Assembly (NCBI GenBank): GCA_046861645.1
Contig: JBHHUM010000068.1
Coordinates: 1 to 11,554, forward strand
Source: Fidelibacterota bacterium
Lineage (GTDB): Bacteria; Fidelibacterota; Marinisomatia; Marinisomatales; UBA2128
DNA: 11,554 bases
Direction of reading: 5' to 3'
Every line of letters begins with the position of its first letter. The first letter of the stretch is position 1. Made by a program: the position numbers and the translations under genes. Positions 8,045-11,554 of this stretch are shown piece by piece. The notes below the pieces were generated by a model that made no database searches, was not told the DNA's origin, and was given only the letters and a program-made list of their open reading frames with translations.

Positions 8045-8404
8045 GAGAGATTATTACTAAAGTCACTTATCTCAGATAAATCCCAATATTATCTCGAGAT
8101 GTTTTAGTATCAACATGTTTGAACTTGTTCCTCAAAACACCCTTGTCACATCAATGAAAGTACTTTCGATTATAAAATGAATATATTTGTCAACTAGATG
8201 CAAAAGTTGCAGTTTGTTGTGTTGTTACCAAGCTTTAAAGATTGAAATTAGGAAGAGAGATATTTCGGATTGAAGTTTTCCTGGTTGCTCCCGGCTCTCG
8301 GCTTTCTCAGTCCTATACTGGCTATGCTTTTGCCTAAGCTTTGGCTTTTATTCTCTATCAGATTTCGTGTTTTACTCTCGACCCATTCGGGTTAATATTC
8401 CCGC

Positions 8405-8606
8405 TAGCCCGAGTTTCTCACTAGTGACCGCTTCAAGATGGTGGAGATATTTGTCCACTGGATCCTTTGGATAACTACAAGGCTAGCGAAAAAAAATACA
8501 TGGAGAAGTACTGTGAACAGTACGTTGAGTACATTTTTCGAGCAGAATGAAGTAGTTGTAAACATATCCGCCATCGTAGTAGGTTTCTTGTGAGAAATGC
8601 GGGCTA
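8405..8606. mobile_element. MITE / internally deleted IS with ~17-20-bp terminal inverted repeats
   Basis: Left end TAGCCCGAGTTTCTCACTAG (8405-8424) matches the reverse complement of the right end, TAGCCCGCATTTCTCACAAG (8587-8606), at 17/20. Flanks are CTAG and CTAA (TA duplicated). No transposase-size ORF inside. Confidence 0.75.
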
Positions 8607-8622
8607 AAGTGGGACAAGTCTA

Positions 8623-10017
8623 ATGAATGCGTGGAGTTTAAACCTGAATCTGCAGGATGTTATCCTCGATTTCATGTATCTCAGTTCCTTCCTGATAGTA
8701 GGGACACTCCTCCGTCGTTATGTCCGTTTCTTTCAACGATTCCTGATTCCAAACAATCTCATTGGTGGGTTCGCAGCCTTACTCATTGGCTCACAGGGAT
8801 TCGGCTGGATTGACCTTCCTTCTGAAAGACTTGGAGTCTACGTCTATCACTTCCTGGCACTGACATTCATCGCTCTGGGACTGCGTCAGGAAAAAACCTA
8901 CTGGGGAAAGGGTCCCTTAAGTAAAAGTATAGCCTCACTTACTTCCTACCTGATTCAGGGTATTATTGGTCTACTGGTAGCCTTTGCTCTCATGTACACA
9001 ATTGCACCTGACATTTTCATCGGTATCGGATTGATTTTGCCTCTCGGGTTTGGTATGGGACCTGGTCTCGCCTATACTATGGGGAGCAGCTGGGAACAGT
9101 GGGGATTCGACAATGGCGGTCTGGTTGGTCTGACGATTGCTGCTATCGGATACCTTTACGCTTTCTTTGCCGGAATGGCACTCATCAACTGGGGTATTCG
9201 TACGAGAAAAAGCAAATTGATAACCAGCATAGATCAAATCACCGTGGATGTCCGTACTGGCGTGTACCGGTCAATTGATGATCACCCTATTGCAGGGCGT
9301 TTACCTCTTTCCACCGGTGCGGTGGAATCTCTATCATTCCATCTGGGAGTCATCGGTTTTGTCTACTTGCTGACCTATCTTTTCACTAAAGGATTTACAT
9401 CGTGGCTCGATCAGTCAGGACTGCACGATTTTGTCGCCACTGTCTGGGCATTTCACTTTGTGTTTGGACTGCTGATAGCTTTGGTTGTGAGAAAAGTACT
9501 GGATATGACAGGACGCTCCCGTATCATTGACCGTGGATTAATGAGTCGCAGTATGGGCGCCTTCTTAGACTATCTGGTTGTAGGTGCTGTGGCAGCCATC
9601 AGTCTGACTGTTGTGCTGGATTACTGGCAGCCTATTCTGATCATGACTCTCCTGGCAGGACCTGCTACATTGGGAATGCTCTATTGGGTCTGCTGGCGGG
9701 CATTCGACGATTACCACTTCGAACGCTTTATAGAACTTTTCGGTGAGATGACAGGAACAATCAACTCCGGCCTTGTATTACTCAGGGTCACCGATCCAGA
9801 GTTTGAAACCCCAGTTGCTGAAGATGCAGTCTACGGTGGTGGTATCACACTTTTCTTGGGGATTCCACTCCTTATAGCGCTGAATGTACCTTTTGCTTTC
9901 TATAAAAACTCTCTCGAGGGATACTGGGTCACTCTGGGGATTATGGTGGGATACTGGATTCTACTCTGGATTTTCTGGCGTGGAATCGGGTTCTTATCAT
10001 TTAGGAAAAAGAATTAG
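8623..10017 (+). CDS. Sodium/glutamate symporter (GltS/ESS family)-like membrane transporter
   Basis: 464 aa and highly hydrophobic. N-terminal LRRYVRFFQRFLIPNNLIGG, re-entrant-loop-like motifs GFGMGPGLA and FGEMTGTINSGLVLLRVTDP, typical of GltS-like proteins. The substrate is inferred. Confidence 0.8.
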   Translation: MNAWSLNLNLQDVILDFMYLSSFLIVGTLLRRYVRFFQRFLIPNNLIGGFAALLIGSQGFGWIDLPSERLGVYVYHFLALTFIALGLRQEKTYWGKGPLSKSIASLTSYLIQGIIGLLVAFALMYTIAPDIFIGIGLILPLGFGMGPGLAYTMGSSWEQWGFDNGGLVGLTIAAIGYLYAFFAGMALINWGIRTRKSKLITSIDQITVDVRTGVYRSIDDHPIAGRLPLSTGAVESLSFHLGVIGFVYLLTYLFTKGFTSWLDQSGLHDFVATVWAFHFVFGLLIALVVRKVLDMTGRSRIIDRGLMSRSMGAFLDYLVVGAVAAISLTVVLDYWQPILIMTLLAGPATLGMLYWVCWRAFDDYHFERFIELFGEMTGTINSGLVLLRVTDPEFETPVAEDAVYGGGITLFLGIPLLIALNVPFAFYKNSLEGYWVTLGIMVGYWILLWIFWRGIGFLSFRKKN

Positions 10018-10028
10018 TCAAACTTCAA

Positions 10029-10844
10029 TTAGATTGATTCCGGTGGTACTATTTCCAGCTCTTCCGGCCGAGATAGACGTTCGATAACACTGCGGGCGAT
10101 TTTCGATATCTGGTTGCCATCCACTACTCTGTGATCGAATGTACCAGACAATGGTAGAATAGAACGAATTACAATCTCTCCGTCCCTGACAACTGGTTTT
10201 TCTTCAATCTTTCCCATGGCTACCACAGCTGGCAGTTTCGCAGCTGGAAAAAGTGCTACGAATCCAGTTGAAAGTCCGTGAGTACCGATGTTTGTTACAA
10301 AGATAGACCCGAATGACCGGTCGGAGAGACCAAGTGATTTCAACTGAATTCCCAGTCCGTTAACTGTTCCTCTGATCAAACGAAAGACCCATCGACGGAA
10401 CGGCCACGGAATCTTGGCCAAAAGATATTTGCTGCTCATGGTCTTCCCTTCTTCTCCCTGTCGCTGTATCTCAGCTTTCGTCCGGATTTCCTCACCGATC
10501 TCCTGGAGTGTCTTCATATCTGCATTACGCACAACCATGGAGGCCATCTCCTGTCCATCTTTGATATTTACCGCTACAGCTACGTCTACGTAGTCTCGGG
10601 GAACAACTTTCCCACGCCGTACAAAACCGTTTACTTCCGGTGCGTCGAGAGCGAGAGCCCTGGCCACTGCAGCTACTACAACATGTGTAATCGTCAGGTT
10701 AATCCCTACTGCTCTCTTTTCACGGATGTAGCGTTCTGTGTTAGTTACGTCCACTTCCATTGTCCCAAATACTTTTCCATCGGAAGGAGCCGTATAGATA
10801 GCCGTGGTCATACGGCGCCAGGGTGTGTCGAATCTGTCTTTCAT
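10029..10844 (-). CDS. Stand-alone 2-oxo acid dehydrogenase E2-like acyltransferase catalytic domain (no lipoyl or E3-binding domain)
   Basis: 271 aa with EVDVT, VAVAV, TNIG, GKIEEKPVVRDGEIVIR and catalytic DHRVVDG. No lipoyl-lysine domain at the N-terminus. Confidence 0.88.
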   Translation of the reverse strand: MKDRFDTPWRRMTTAIYTAPSDGKVFGTMEVDVTNTERYIREKRAVGINLTITHVVVAAVARALALDAPEVNGFVRRGKVVPRDYVDVAVAVNIKDGQEMASMVVRNADMKTLQEIGEEIRTKAEIQRQGEEGKTMSSKYLLAKIPWPFRRWVFRLIRGTVNGLGIQLKSLGLSDRSFGSIFVTNIGTHGLSTGFVALFPAAKLPAVVAMGKIEEKPVVRDGEIVIRSILPLSGTFDHRVVDGNQISKIARSVIERLSRPEELEIVPPESI

Positions 10845-10873
10845 GATATATGTTGGAATGAACTAAGCTTCTG

Positions 10874-10904
10874 CAAAGTTACACGTAGAGAGTGCTATGT
10901 CAAA
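10874..10904 (-). promoter_or_regulatory. Putative promoter of the E2-like gene
   Basis: The minus strand has TTTG (10904-10901)-N19-TAACTTTG (10881-10874), matching the Bacteroidota -33/-7 consensus. It also reads as TTGACA-N16-TAACTT. It lies about 30 nt upstream of the ATG. Confidence 0.6.
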
Positions 10905-10960
10905 GGGTTCTTGTCATAGCAATTTGATTCTGCTGATGTGTATTTCCAACTGCTGAAAAA

Positions 10961-11455
10961 CTACTTCGGTATAAAAAGTGATCTAATTGCTTCGGGAAAC
11001 CTTCTTGCCCAATCTGCTTCAAAGTGCTTTGCATTTTTATCATGAACCCACACATAGTCACGGTCAGCTTGAAAGCCTTTTTGCTGTAATTCCTTCAGCA
11101 TCTCATCTATCCCCGGCTGCAGTTCACTGTCAATGGCATCACCTCCATTATCAATATAGAAAAACAGTGATTCTTTCGGTTGCTCAGATGCACGTACTCT
11201 CTTAACGTAGTCAACCACAATCTTTCCCTTATCGTTTTGGTATTTAAACGCCGAAGACATGCAAATCGCTTTTGAAAACAGAGTGGGGTATTCCCAAGCA
11301 ATCATAAAAGCAGAGATTCCTCCTAACGACGAGCCACCAACAAAGGTATAGCTGCGAAATGGGTTGGTTCGATACGTCTTATCTATGTATGGTTTGAGCT
11401 TCTCTATAATGAACTTCATATATGCTGATCCCTTTCTTCCGGGCACGTATTCTCT
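10961..11455 (-). pseudogene. 5'-truncated alpha/beta hydrolase (putative esterase family), C-terminal half only
   Basis: Nucleophile elbow GSSLGG, LKPYIDKTYRT and a C-terminal HFEADW are present. The frame continues upstream as ..REYVPG, then runs into antisense transposase sequence and is closed by TAG at 11491-11489. The N-terminal strands of the fold are missing. Confidence 0.75.
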
Positions 11456-11554
11456 TCCCCGAGCAGCACCGCAGGAGAATACGAACCACTAACAGTCTTG
11501 AACGGTTTAACCAGGAAATCAAACGACGAACAAGCGTTCTTCGTATCTTTCCTA
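11455..11554 (+). mobile_element. IS256-family (mutator-type) transposase, internal/C-terminal fragment running off the window
   Basis: Frame +1 from 11455 translates as FPEQHRRRIRTTNSLERFNQEIKRRTSVLRIFP, matching the IS256 signature FPxxHxxxIRTTNxxERxNxEIKRRTxVxxIFP that contains the catalytic Glu. Confidence 0.88.

Noticed and set aside
7736..8107. 123-aa plus-strand ORF
   Set aside because: It runs through the nested palindromic element and has no domain-like character; likely a chance open frame.
8169..8193. Minus-strand TTGACA...TATAAT promoter
   Set aside because: The spacer is only 13 nt, too short for sigma70.
8281..8350. Weak ~7-nt GCT/GGCT periodicity
   Set aside because: Too degenerate and short to distinguish from chance by eye.
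8438..8593. 51-codon ORF inside the MITE as a protein-coding gene
   Set aside because: No similarity to transposase motifs that I recognise and no RBS; noted only as a possible upstream ORF.
8631..11301. Short ORFs overlapping the symporter, E2-like and hydrolase genes
   Set aside because: They are nested or antisense shadows without motifs.
203..11446. A single coherent novel pathway or defence system formed by all the genes
   Set aside because: The genes have mixed orientation, composition and function and are separated by terminators and repeats; no evidence links them.

Overview
Bacterial chromosomal region, probably from an FCB-group lineage. That assignment is inferred from a YPNPFNP-type T9SS C-terminal domain and a TTTG-N19-TAnnTTTG promoter. 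Six apparently intact genes are present: asnA, an M48/Ste24-like metalloprotease, an aldehyde dehydrogenase, a large secreted Asp-box/beta-propeller protein with a T9SS sorting domain, a GltS-like Na+/glutamate symporter and a stand-alone 2-oxoacid-dehydrogenase E2 catalytic domain. At the right edge, a 5'-truncated alpha/beta hydrolase is joined head-to-head to an internal fragment of an IS256-family transposase that the ORF track does not list. The genes are mostly ordinary; the unusual content is intergenic, with at least four distinct palindromic or mobile repeat types. These are (i) a TGTCTGAACC..GGTTCAGACA element with 9-nt GATT/AATC periodicity (1-58, 1892-1977), (ii) a nested REP/REPIN-like ACTCC-N3/4-GGAGT cluster (1567-1746), (iii) a ~280-nt multiply nested hairpin element (7762-8044) and (iv) a ~200-bp MITE inserted in the loop of a small TCCCGC..GTGGGA palindrome 16 bp upstream of the symporter gene. 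I see no CRISPR array, rRNA or tRNA, and no convincing new multi-gene system.
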